Positions 50,797 through 60,449 are shown, numbered from the stretch's first letter. The stretch: 64,000 bases of DNA from Gammaproteobacteria bacterium (GCA_965222615.1 CBDCUI010000008.1:1034705-1098704); one strand, 5' to 3'. Translations and numbers: made by a program. Notes: generated by a model not told the origin, from the letters alone.

Positions 50797-51345
50797 ATGT
50801 ATAGAAAATTAATTTTATTCATATGTTTTTCGATATTGAGTTATATGAGTGCAGCAGTTGCCGACATTGATAACTCTAAAGTGAATGAAGAACATAACTT
50901 TCAAAACCTAGATCAAGAGATACAAACTTTAAAACAGGAAGTTTTAGAACTAAATCGCGATCTCTATATACTTGAAGAGGAATTGTTATACCCATCCAAT
51001 ACGCAGGTAGCGGTATACGTATCTGTTGATGTTGGCGACTTTTTTGACTTGGATTCTGTACAAGTCACATTGAATGAAAAAATTGTTGCAAATTATCTTT
51101 ACACTGAGCGTGAAGTAGATGCCTTATTGCGTGGTGGTGTGCATCAAATCTATATTGGGAATTTGCCGTCTGGAGAACATGAACTGGTAGCGTATTTTGT
51201 TGGGCGTGGGCCAAAGGGTAGAGATTTTAAACGTGGAGCAAATCGAATTATTGATAAAGGTTTGGGGGCAAAGTATGTAGAGCTGAAAATTACAGATCGA
51301 ACTCCTAAGCATCAACCCGACTTTATTGTAAAAGAATGGGAATAA
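50797..51345 (+). CDS. exported hypothetical protein (coiled coil + beta domain)
   Basis: Signal AVA; heptad LDQEIQTLKQEVLELNRDL; beta-rich C-terminus; in operon. Confidence 0.75.
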   Translation: MYRKLILFICFSILSYMSAAVADIDNSKVNEEHNFQNLDQEIQTLKQEVLELNRDLYILEEELLYPSNTQVAVYVSVDVGDFFDLDSVQVTLNEKIVANYLYTEREVDALLRGGVHQIYIGNLPSGEHELVAYFVGRGPKGRDFKRGANRIIDKGLGAKYVELKITDRTPKHQPDFIVKEWE

Positions 51346-51352
51346 GAAAAAG

Positions 51353-53317
51353 ATGTTAATAGCTACTTTAAAAAAAGTGGTCATAACTTCTAAAGCCAAG
51401 AAGGTCTTGGCTTTTTGCGTATCTATGCTTGTATTTTTCTCGAGTACTTCTTATGCAAATTTACAGCAGCCTAAAGTTGTTAAAGATCTACATTATGGAG
51501 AGGTACTGTTTCATTTTTATCAAGAAGACTATTTCACATCCATTGTACATCTTTTGGCGGCACGTGAATTGAATCGAGTATCTCACCATATACCGGAAGA
51601 TGAGCTTTTACTTGGCGGTATCGATCTTTCTTATGGTTTACACAAAGAGGCATCTAGAATTTTCGATAAGCTATTGCAGGGGAATGTTACCGAAACGATT
51701 AAAAATAGAGCCTATTACTTTCTTGCAAAAATATATTTTCAAAGAGGATATTTAAATGAAGCAGATGGGTTTTTGCAAAATATTCGAGGACCCGTCCAAG
51801 AAAATATATTTGGTGATTTGAAACTATTAATGGGCCAGGTATATCTCGCGCAAGGCAAGTACGACAATGCAATCTCCAGCTTGAGTAAGTGGAAAGGGCC
51901 TAAAGATTATCGCCAATATGCTGACTACAATCTTGGCATTGCCTTTACAAAAAAAGGAAACGTAGACAAGGGAATCGAATATCTAAAAGACGTAGGAAAG
52001 TCCAAAGCTAAAACTGAATCGATTCGTACCCTTAGAGATAAGGCCAACCTCGCTTCGGGTCTGGCCTTGATTCAAAACGATAGGCCGGTGGAAGCAACTA
52101 AATATTTAGAAAAAGTGCGTCTACAGGGTTTGTACTCAAATATGGCGTTGCTCGGAATTGGCTGGGCCAATACAGAAGCGAATAAACATGATGCTGCATT
52201 AGGGCCTTTGATGGAGTTGCGTAATCGCAGTGCCTATCATCCTGAAGTACAAGAAGGAATTCTAGCGCTAGCGTATGCCTATAACGAAATGGGCTTAAGT
52301 GGCCGTGCCGTTAAGGCCTATGAGCGAGCTGCAGATATCTATTTAAATGAAGCACAAGAACTTGCGACCTCGGCAAAAGTGATAGAAGAAGGCGCTTTGG
52401 TGAAGGCACTATTAGACCGTACCAAAGGTGGTCCACAAATGGGATGGTTCTGGTCTTTAAGAGAGATACCAGAAATACCCGAAGTCAAATATTTCACAGA
52501 GCTTTTGGCTGAGCACGAGTTTCATGAAGCATTAAAAAATTTTCGTGATCTACTGTATTTAAAAAAGAACTTGGAATATTGGCACGAAAATATCCCGATC
52601 TTTATGACGATGTTGGATACAAGAAAAGCAAGATATGAAAAGTATTTGCCATTAGTTAAAAAAAGGCTAAATGAACTAGATATTAGCCAATTACAAAATT
52701 TACAAAACAATCTCACAAGCACGCTTGATGAAATTGAAAGAGGAAATGAATATCTACGGCTTGCTACGCCAGAGGAAAAACAAAAGCTTTTCCAAATTGA
52801 AAATCTATCGGAAAAACTTGAATTGCTAGAGCAAAATGATCTTGAAAATGAGCAGCTAGTACAAATGCGCGAAAAACTTGCCTTAATGGAAGGCGTTGTG
52901 CATTGGCAAATACATAGCGAATATATCGCCAGGAAATGGGAGCACAGACAAGATGTAGATGGCATCGATCAACATTTATTGGTAACACCTGGAAAGAGTG
53001 TATCTATAAAAGAGGCGATAAATGAAAGCGTTAAAAATTTTGATGAATTTGAACTACGCATATTAGCATTACAAAAAGAAATAAAACGCCTTATTCCCAT
53101 TGTAGATCGAGTATTTGAAAAGCAATCTCGATATTTAGAGCATGTAGCAGTTAAAGAGCTTAAACGTCGTGAAAATATATTGACCGGCTATGAGAAACAT
53201 GCACGATTTGCGCTGGCTTCTGCTTACGATCGAGCTGCATCATCTATAAATATGAATGACGAAGTTGCACCAAAAGAATCCAAGCAAAAGAAATCTAGGG
53301 GTTGGTGGCTGTGGTAA
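51353..53317 (+). CDS. exported tetratricopeptide-repeat protein (GltC-like)
   Basis: Signal SYA; TPR helices (AYYFLAK, ADYNLGIA, ALLGIGWA); coiled-coil C-terminus. Confidence 0.8.
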   Translation: MLIATLKKVVITSKAKKVLAFCVSMLVFFSSTSYANLQQPKVVKDLHYGEVLFHFYQEDYFTSIVHLLAARELNRVSHHIPEDELLLGGIDLSYGLHKEASRIFDKLLQGNVTETIKNRAYYFLAKIYFQRGYLNEADGFLQNIRGPVQENIFGDLKLLMGQVYLAQGKYDNAISSLSKWKGPKDYRQYADYNLGIAFTKKGNVDKGIEYLKDVGKSKAKTESIRTLRDKANLASGLALIQNDRPVEATKYLEKVRLQGLYSNMALLGIGWANTEANKHDAALGPLMELRNRSAYHPEVQEGILALAYAYNEMGLSGRAVKAYERAADIYLNEAQELATSAKVIEEGALVKALLDRTKGGPQMGWFWSLREIPEIPEVKYFTELLAEHEFHEALKNFRDLLYLKKNLEYWHENIPIFMTMLDTRKARYEKYLPLVKKRLNELDISQLQNLQNNLTSTLDEIERGNEYLRLATPEEKQKLFQIENLSEKLELLEQNDLENEQLVQMREKLALMEGVVHWQIHSEYIARKWEHRQDVDGIDQHLLVTPGKSVSIKEAINESVKNFDEFELRILALQKEIKRLIPIVDRVFEKQSRYLEHVAVKELKRRENILTGYEKHARFALASAYDRAASSINMNDEVAPKESKQKKSRGWWLW

Positions 53318-56112
53318 ACGTGCTATACAAAATTTTTGTAATAGTCACAATCACCATAGTACTTGTGTCATGTGGAAGTTTTGGCGGCTCAAGAAAAGAT
53401 ACGATCGGCAGTATTAGCAAAAATCGTGTCGTAGTAAAAGAAGATGTGCCCGTTAAAAGCAGTCGTAGCAAAGCCATTAATCAATATCGAAAATTGTTAG
53501 ATGAAGATCCTAAAGACGTAAATCCGGAAGTGATGCGTAGGCTAGGCGATTTACGCATGGAAGAAAGTGAAGATTACCTAGCGGATCAAGTAAAACTCCC
53601 AGATTCAGCCACTTTTGCTGAAACGATTAAACTTTATGAAGACGTATTGGCAAATCATCCTTCCTATGCGGGCAGGGATCGTGTGTTATATCAGCTTTCA
53701 CGCGCGTACGAACTTAGTGAGCAATATGAAAAAGCTTTAGGGGCGTTGGATCAATTAGTATATGAATATCCAGACTCAAAATATTACACAGAAACTCAAT
53801 TTAGGCGCGCAGAAATATTATTTGTAGAAAAACAATATGCAGCCGCAGAAGCAGCATACGAATCCGTAATTAAGCAAGGTCCGGAAAGTGACTATTACAT
53901 TCATTCTTTGTATAAACACGGGTGGTCTCACTTTAAACAAGTCGATTACGATTACGCTATGCCTTCGTTTAATAAGGTACTAGATGAGATTCTTAAGACA
54001 GGTGTAGAAGAAGAACAAATTGCACAATTGTCACGTGCAGACCAAGAGCTTGTTGATGACACACTACGTGCAACGGGATTGAGTTTTGGTTATTTGGGTG
54101 GACCAGACGAAGTTTCGAATTTTTATAATGAAACGGGTCGTAAACCCTATGAAATACTTGTTTATGAAAGGCTTGGCGAACAATACTTAGAAAAAAGACG
54201 TTGGAGTGATGCTGCGAATACCTACCGCGAATTTGTTGAAACGCATAAGTTCAGTCCTAAAGCACCACTTTTTCAAATTAAATCAATCGAAGCCTATCAA
54301 AAAGGCGAGTTTCCTTCTGAGGTGCTGCGTGCTAAGAAACAATTCGTTGTTGACTATAATTTAAAGTCAGAATATTGGGCACATAACGATATTCAAGCGT
54401 CAGAAGACATTGTTGTCCTGCTTAAATCTACAATTACAGATCTAGCTAAACACTATCATTCAGTGGCGCAAAAAGAACGTAAGCCAAAAGAATATTATGA
54501 TGAAGCGGCAACATGGTATCACGCCTATCTGGAGTCTTTCCCGCAAGATGAAAAAGCACCCGAGATGAATTTTTATCTTGCTGAGGTGCTGTATGAGACC
54601 AAGCAATACAATAGTGCTGTATCTGAATATGAAAAAACTGCTTACGGATATAAAAAACATCCCAAGTCTGCAGAAGCGGGTTATGCTGCAATCATTGCCT
54701 ATAATGAGTGGTTAAAATCAGAAAAAACGCCATCCAATCACAATGTAATTAAAACTCAGCTCATCGATAGTAGCTTTAGATTTTCTCAAAACTTTCCAAA
54801 TCACCCTGAAGTGCCCAAAGTGATGACAGTTTCCGCTGAAGAACTCTATGCGCGCAAAGATTATGCTCGTGCCAGTGAAGCATCAAATATCGTAATTACA
54901 AAATATCCAAATGCAGATAAAAAGTTACAGCTTTCGGCCTGGACAGTCACGGCACATTCCGCTTTTGATACAGGTGAATATGCAACATCTGAAAAGGCAT
55001 ATGTACAGGCATTAGCACGTGCGCAGGCAAAGGACGAATTGCGTGACCCTTTAAAACAAAGATTAGCAGCTTCAGTTTATAAACAAGGTGAAGCGAGCAA
55101 AAAAGCAGGTGATACCGAAGCAGCAGTGCAACACTACTTACGTGTAGGTCAAGTGGTGCCAGATGCAGAAATACGCGCAACTGCACAGTATGATGCTTCG
55201 GCCGCTTTACTTGAGTTAGAAGATTGGGACCGTGCATCTACTACTCTAGAAGATTTTCGTCATCGCTTTCCCAAACATGAGTTGCAAGATGAAGTTACTC
55301 GTAAATTAGCGGTGTCTTATGATAAAGGTGGTCAACATTTAAAGGCTGCAAAAGAATACGAAACAATTGGAGATGGAACCAAAGACGTTGCGTTGCAACG
55401 CGAAGCGCGATTACAAGCTGCCGAGTTATATAACAAAGGTGGTGATTTTTATGGAGCAGAAAAAAGCTTAATTACCTATGTGGAAAAACATCCAAGACCA
55501 GTCGAGCCTGCAATGGAAGCCATGCATAAACTAGTGACCATGTATGCTGAACGTAATTACCTGGATGATAAATTAACGTGGCAAGAAAAAATCATCGATG
55601 CAGATGCTAAAGCCGGTGCAGAACGTAGTGCTAGAACAAAATTTTTAGCGGCAAATGCTACGTTGGATTTAGCAAAACTTGAATATGATGCATATAGTCA
55701 AATATTTTTACTACATCCGCTGAAGAAAAATCTAAAACGCAAAAAGAAACAAATGCAAGTTGCATTAGATGTTTATGAAGCAGCAAGCCGTTACAAAGTG
55801 GAACAAGTTACTACAGCTGCAACCTATTGGACTGCGCGTATATATCAAGATTTTAGTAAGGCACTTATGGAATCAGATCGGCCAGCAAATCTCTCTGCAG
55901 AAGAATTAGATCAATATAATATTTTACTTGAAGAACAGGCATTCCCATTTGAAGAGCAGGCTATTGAGACTTATGAATTAAATGTTGCTCGTATATCAGA
56001 TGGCGTATATGACGAGTGGGTCAAAAAAAGTATGACCGAGTTAGCAATTTTAGCACCTGCACAATATGTTAAAGCAGAAAGGATTGAGGATCATGTGCAG
56101 ATTATTTATTAG
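53302..56112 (+). CDS. large TPR lipoprotein (GltD/AgmU-like)
   Basis: Lipobox LVSC; many TPRs; C-terminal RPANLSAEELDQYNILLEEQAFPFEEQAI. Confidence 0.8.
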   Translation: MVAVVNVLYKIFVIVTITIVLVSCGSFGGSRKDTIGSISKNRVVVKEDVPVKSSRSKAINQYRKLLDEDPKDVNPEVMRRLGDLRMEESEDYLADQVKLPDSATFAETIKLYEDVLANHPSYAGRDRVLYQLSRAYELSEQYEKALGALDQLVYEYPDSKYYTETQFRRAEILFVEKQYAAAEAAYESVIKQGPESDYYIHSLYKHGWSHFKQVDYDYAMPSFNKVLDEILKTGVEEEQIAQLSRADQELVDDTLRATGLSFGYLGGPDEVSNFYNETGRKPYEILVYERLGEQYLEKRRWSDAANTYREFVETHKFSPKAPLFQIKSIEAYQKGEFPSEVLRAKKQFVVDYNLKSEYWAHNDIQASEDIVVLLKSTITDLAKHYHSVAQKERKPKEYYDEAATWYHAYLESFPQDEKAPEMNFYLAEVLYETKQYNSAVSEYEKTAYGYKKHPKSAEAGYAAIIAYNEWLKSEKTPSNHNVIKTQLIDSSFRFSQNFPNHPEVPKVMTVSAEELYARKDYARASEASNIVITKYPNADKKLQLSAWTVTAHSAFDTGEYATSEKAYVQALARAQAKDELRDPLKQRLAASVYKQGEASKKAGDTEAAVQHYLRVGQVVPDAEIRATAQYDASAALLELEDWDRASTTLEDFRHRFPKHELQDEVTRKLAVSYDKGGQHLKAAKEYETIGDGTKDVALQREARLQAAELYNKGGDFYGAEKSLITYVEKHPRPVEPAMEAMHKLVTMYAERNYLDDKLTWQEKIIDADAKAGAERSARTKFLAANATLDLAKLEYDAYSQIFLLHPLKKNLKRKKKQMQVALDVYEAASRYKVEQVTTAATYWTARIYQDFSKALMESDRPANLSAEELDQYNILLEEQAFPFEEQAIETYELNVARISDGVYDEWVKKSMTELAILAPAQYVKAERIEDHVQIIY

Positions 56113-56719
56113 TTTATTTATTTGTTGTTTTATGTTGGTTGTTGCAAGTTGTGCAAGTGTGCCACAACTTAAAAAGTATACAATCACTTCTAAATCAAAT
56201 ACAAAAACAGAAAAATCCGCTGAAGCTGTACAGCCAACCTTTAAGGTAAGCGAAAAAACTGCAACTGCTTATAACGCTGCATTAAAGCATATGCGTACTA
56301 AAAACTATGATGTCGCTATAAGTGAGATGAAAAAAGTGGCAGGCATGGACAAACGTATCTCAGGACCATGGGTGAATATTGGACTTGCACATAAGGAATT
56401 GGGAGAAGCAAAAAAAGCCAAGGCTTCATTTGAAAAAGCTTTATCGATCAATCCAAAAAACCCTTATGCACTTAATTATTTAGCCATTATGCATCGAGAA
56501 GAAGGTGATTTTAGTAAAGCGGAGGGTCTTTATAGAAAAGCGCTTTCCGCACATCCGGATTATCAGAACGCTCATCTGAATCTGGGTATTTTGTGTGATC
56601 TGTATTTAAGGAAAATAGACTGTGCGATAGAGCATTATCAAAAGTACTTGAATTTGAGCGGTGGGCAAGACAAACAAGTAACCGCTTGGGTAGCGCAATT
56701 AAAAAAGCAGGGTAGCTAA
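56093..56719 (+). CDS. TPR lipoprotein (GltE/AglT-like)
   Basis: Lipobox VASC; TPRs with AHLNLGILCDLYL..A..HYQKYL. Confidence 0.82.
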   Translation: MCRLFISLFICCFMLVVASCASVPQLKKYTITSKSNTKTEKSAEAVQPTFKVSEKTATAYNAALKHMRTKNYDVAISEMKKVAGMDKRISGPWVNIGLAHKELGEAKKAKASFEKALSINPKNPYALNYLAIMHREEGDFSKAEGLYRKALSAHPDYQNAHLNLGILCDLYLRKIDCAIEHYQKYLNLSGGQDKQVTAWVAQLKKQGS

Positions 56720-56724
56720 GCGTT

Positions 56725-57003
56725 ATGAAAAATGTATGGAATATAAAAAGGATTATTTTTCTAATTTTCCTATTGTTGTTTTGTCAAGCAGCTATTGCAG
56801 AAGAAGCAACACAAGAGTTGGATGGGATTTCAGTAATTGGTAATCGCGAATTACCAAAAGCACTTGTAATCGTACCGTGGAAAGCACCAGAGCCTGGTGA
56901 TTTAGATGGTCAACCTTTGCAAAGTTTAATTGATGAGGTGCTAGGCCCTATTGATAGGGACGTGCACAAAAGAAAAGTTAGTTATTACGAACAATATAAC
57001 TAG
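56725..57003 (+). CDS. small exported protein (GltF-like)
   Basis: Signal AIA; LDGISVIGNRELPKALVIVPWK; lies between the TPR gene and exbB. Confidence 0.7.
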   Translation: MKNVWNIKRIIFLIFLLLFCQAAIAEEATQELDGISVIGNRELPKALVIVPWKAPEPGDLDGQPLQSLIDEVLGPIDRDVHKRKVSYYEQYN

Positions 57004-57044
57004 CAGTGTAAATATTTGTAGCGTTAACGCTAAGGAGCAAGACA

Positions 57045-57794
57045 ATGGAAGAGACAGGGCAAGAAATCATCTCAGCAACTGATGGTTCGCAAGTAATGGG
57101 AGCCGAAATGGTTGATGCCATGATGGCAACCGAACCGCAAAGTATGAGTCTGTATGAAACAGTAGTTTCATTTTTTCAATCGGGTGGGCCATTTATGATC
57201 CCGATTGCGATCGTATTGGCAATTGGTATTGCTATCGCGATTGAACGGTATCTATACCTATCTGCATCACGTACTCGCAATCAACTTGCATGGAATAAAT
57301 TACAATCGGCATTACAAAGCGGCAATCTATCTCAAGCGATAGGATTTGCTGAGAAATCAAAAGCGGCAGTTAGCCGTATTATTCATTATGGATTTATGCG
57401 TGCAAAAACTTCTCGTCGACGTGATGACGTGGAAATTGCTATGGAAGAAGGCTTGATGGAAGTTTTACCTAAATTAGAAAAGCGGACTCACTATTTAGCA
57501 ACTTTTGCCAATATTGCGACTTTATTAGGTTTGCTTGGAACCATTATTGGTTTAATAGGCGCATTTACATCGATCGCAGAGGCAAATCCTGCTGATAAGG
57601 CAGATATTCTATCTGCAAATATCTCGGTTGCGATGAATACGACTGCATTTGGTTTGATGGTCGGTATTCCACTTTTACTCATTCATGCTTGGCTTACAAC
57701 TAAAACTACAGAAATTGTAGATAGTTTAGAAATGGCATCAGTGAAGGTGTTGAACTTTGTAACCGAGCGCAAGCCTGCAGAAGCTGCAGCATAA
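57045..57794 (+). CDS. MotA/TolQ/ExbB proton channel (AglR-like)
   Basis: GGPFM..AIER, NIATLLGLLGTIIGLI, ISVAMNTTAFGLMVGIP. Confidence 0.92.
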   Translation: MEETGQEIISATDGSQVMGAEMVDAMMATEPQSMSLYETVVSFFQSGGPFMIPIAIVLAIGIAIAIERYLYLSASRTRNQLAWNKLQSALQSGNLSQAIGFAEKSKAAVSRIIHYGFMRAKTSRRRDDVEIAMEEGLMEVLPKLEKRTHYLATFANIATLLGLLGTIIGLIGAFTSIAEANPADKADILSANISVAMNTTAFGLMVGIPLLLIHAWLTTKTTEIVDSLEMASVKVLNFVTERKPAEAAA

Positions 57795-57806
57795 GGTTGT
57801 ACAAAC

Positions 57807-58304
57807 ATGATTACTAGAAGACGACTACGCAAACGCACCGCCAAGCCCGAAGCGGAGCTTAGTGTAACGGCATTTATGAATTTAATGGTAATTCTTGTGC
57901 CTTTCTTATTAATCATGTTGGTGTTTGCAAAAATTACAATTTTAGAATTGCATTTGCCGGCACAATCTAATGTTGCGAAGCCAGACGAAAGAAAACTTGC
58001 GCTAGAAGTGATTATTAAAAGTGATCAACTGATTGTGCAAGATAAAAATCGTGGTCGTTTAACTGTGATTGAAAAGTCTGATGAAGGTTATGATGTTTTG
58101 ACACTTTCTCAGTTTTTGCAAGCAGTTAAATATAAGTATCCAGATACCATAGCAGCCTCTATCTTGCTCGAGCCTGAAATTGAGTATTCAAACTTAGTAA
58201 TGGTGATGGATGCAGTGCGTGCAATCGATATCGAAAATGAAGACGGTAGTTTTACGCGTGCAGAGCTTTTTCCAGAAATTTCTTTGGGTGATGCGCCCGT
58301 TTAA
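57807..58304 (+). CDS. ExbD/TolR-family protein, Asn variant
   Basis: Single TM SVTAFMNLMVILVPFLL; periplasmic Y..LVMVMDAVR. Confidence 0.88.
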   Translation: MITRRRLRKRTAKPEAELSVTAFMNLMVILVPFLLIMLVFAKITILELHLPAQSNVAKPDERKLALEVIIKSDQLIVQDKNRGRLTVIEKSDEGYDVLTLSQFLQAVKYKYPDTIAASILLEPEIEYSNLVMVMDAVRAIDIENEDGSFTRAELFPEISLGDAPV

Positions 58305-58320
58305 GTAGAAAGGATAAATA

Positions 58321-58830
58321 ATGTCAGTAGGTACAAGAAGATTAGCGCGCATGGAACGTCAGCACGGGCGTTCTAAAAAACAACCACCCTTTAATATTGT
58401 TTCGTTAATGGATATTTTTACTATCCTTGTGTTTTTCTTGTTAGTAAATACTTCTGACATCACGCCTTTGCCCAACCCTAAAGGCATTGAAATGCCTGAG
58501 TCGATTGCAGAGACCACCCCACATGAATCAGTTGTAGTCATGCTTAGCAATGAAAATGTTCTTTTACAAGGTGAAGAAGTTATTTCTGTAGAAGAAGTAA
58601 TGAAAGAGGATTCACAAGAACTCGCAATCTTTGTCGCAAAACTGAAACAACTTGCCGATGAAGTCGTACCGGTTTCAGAAGAGGACCCAGAACGTGAAGT
58701 AACGATTATGGGTGATAAAGAAGTGCCATATAGAGTATTGGATCGCGTCATGCGTATTTGTGCAAATTACGCAGGGTTTTCCAAAATTTCATTATCTGTA
58801 ATTCAAAAAGATACCCAACTAGAGTCATAA
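58321..58830 (+). CDS. ExbD/TolR-family protein, Asp variant
   Basis: NIVSLMDIFTILVFFLL; IMGDKEVPY..L.RVM. Confidence 0.9.
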   Translation: MSVGTRRLARMERQHGRSKKQPPFNIVSLMDIFTILVFFLLVNTSDITPLPNPKGIEMPESIAETTPHESVVVMLSNENVLLQGEEVISVEEVMKEDSQELAIFVAKLKQLADEVVPVSEEDPEREVTIMGDKEVPYRVLDRVMRICANYAGFSKISLSVIQKDTQLES

Positions 58831-58831
58831 C

Positions 58832-59824
58832 ATGTCTGCAGTAATTGCCAATTCATATTTTCCACACGATTTACCCTGGACGATACAACCAGAAACTCAG
58901 GAACGTTTTAGAAAACTTCTGCGTTGGTCGTTAGCCAGTGTTCTTTTTCTAGCACTGTTATTTACTGTTTTACCATTACCTGAACCAGAAGAACCAGAGA
59001 AAGAAGAACCCAAGCAATTGGTAAAGCTCATACCAAAAGTAGAAATTCCACCACCACCGCCACCTAAGGTTAAGCCAATTGAAACTAAGGTAAAGCCTAA
59101 ACCCAAAAAACAGGTAAAACCGAAGCCGAAACCGCAACCAAAGAAAGAACCAAGAAAAACGGCAAAGGCGCCTAAAAAGGCTCCAGTGAAAACAAAATCA
59201 GCTAAAGAAATTGCTGCGGCATCAGGTTTGCTGGCGATGAAGGATGATTTAGCCGACCTCAAAAACGATTCATCTGCGAAAACTCTCGGTGAGCGTTCGT
59301 TAAATAGAAGCGGTTCACAAGGTAAAACAGTGCAACGCTCTTTAGTAACCAAGAATTATGGCAAAGCCAGTGGTGGTATTAATACGGCGAGTTTAAGTAA
59401 AGACACAGGTGGTAATGGTTTAGGAGGGCGTGCTGCGGGTCAGGTTGGAGGTGTGCCTGGTTTAGGCGGTGCGGGCGGCACTGGTAGTGGCGGCGGATCA
59501 GGATCTGGAGATGGTGACGGTACGGGCTACGGGAAAACCCGAGACCTAGAAAAAATTCAAATTACATTTGATCGCAATAAAAGCAGTCTTTTTACAATGT
59601 ATAACCGCGAACTTCGAAAAGATGCAAGCCTACAAGGAAAAGTGGTGCTAAATATTACTATTGCACCTTCAGGAAAAGTGACTTCATGCAGCATTGTTTC
59701 TAGTGAATTAGGTAATCCAGCATTAGAAAGTAAATTGTTACAGAGAGTAAAACTTATTAATTTTGGTGCAGAAGATGTCCCACCGTTTACTTTTAATTAC
59801 CCTATCGATTTTTACCCAGTTTAG
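58832..59824 (+). CDS. TonB-like protein with AgmX/PglI-type C-terminal domain (GltG-like)
   Basis: N-terminal TM, Pro/Lys-rich linker, Gly-rich region, TonB_C (YNRELRKDASLQGKVV..IAPSGKV..YPIDF). Confidence 0.88.
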   Translation: MSAVIANSYFPHDLPWTIQPETQERFRKLLRWSLASVLFLALLFTVLPLPEPEEPEKEEPKQLVKLIPKVEIPPPPPPKVKPIETKVKPKPKKQVKPKPKPQPKKEPRKTAKAPKKAPVKTKSAKEIAAASGLLAMKDDLADLKNDSSAKTLGERSLNRSGSQGKTVQRSLVTKNYGKASGGINTASLSKDTGGNGLGGRAAGQVGGVPGLGGAGGTGSGGGSGSGDGDGTGYGKTRDLEKIQITFDRNKSSLFTMYNRELRKDASLQGKVVLNITIAPSGKVTSCSIVSSELGNPALESKLLQRVKLINFGAEDVPPFTFNYPIDFYPV

Positions 59825-60449
59825 TACTAGGTATTCAATACTGGCGATCAGTATTATTCTTTTCTGTTCGGGCTCACATGCAATCCAACAAGATTGGGAG
59901 CTAAGTGGTACCTTTATAATAGGGAAGCAAGCGCAAGCCTTTTTTGTAAATAAAGACGGGACTGAACTGAGTTTAACCAAAGGTGAAATTATCCAAGGTT
60001 GTCAGTTAGTAGATGTACTAAGTGAAGCTGTAAAGCTACATTGTGAGGAAGAAGTTCATACCCTATTACTGCGCAATAGTGTAGGGGATATACACAAACA
60101 GGCCCAATTTCAAAGCACTCAGGTAAGCAAGCAAACGATTTTCTTACCGAAAGATGAGTTGAAAGATTATGCAAATCAGCGACAACGTATCGCCTCGGAA
60201 ATTGGATTTTTACCACTACTTGAAGATGAAAAAGTTATAGGATTTACAATATCTAAAGTTTCACCTGGCACTCCAGTGTCAAAATTAGGCTTATACAATG
60301 GCGATGTAATTACCTCGATCAATGGGGTAGCGGCGTCTAATACTAGCCAGTTTCTTGAAGCCATCAACGAGCTGCCATCTGCATCACAGGTGTCTATCCA
60401 TGTAGATCGTTATGGCCAGAACTTAGCTTATACATATATATTTGAATGA
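59775..60449 (+). CDS. GspC-like exported protein with PDZ domain
   Basis: HR-like domain LSGTFI..AFF..GEII.G..LVDV; PDZ GFTI..LGLYNGDVITSING..V.R.G. Start uncertain. Confidence 0.68.
   Translation: MSHRLLLITLSIFTQFSTRYSILAISIILFCSGSHAIQQDWELSGTFIIGKQAQAFFVNKDGTELSLTKGEIIQGCQLVDVLSEAVKLHCEEEVHTLLLRNSVGDIHKQAQFQSTQVSKQTIFLPKDELKDYANQRQRIASEIGFLPLLEDEKVIGFTISKVSPGTPVSKLGLYNGDVITSINGVAASNTSQFLEAINELPSASQVSIHVDRYGQNLAYTYIFE

Noticed and set aside
58980-59530. Low-complexity tandem repeats (CCA, AAACC, GGT-rich)
   Set aside because: Explained by the Pro/Lys and Gly linkers of the TonB-like protein.
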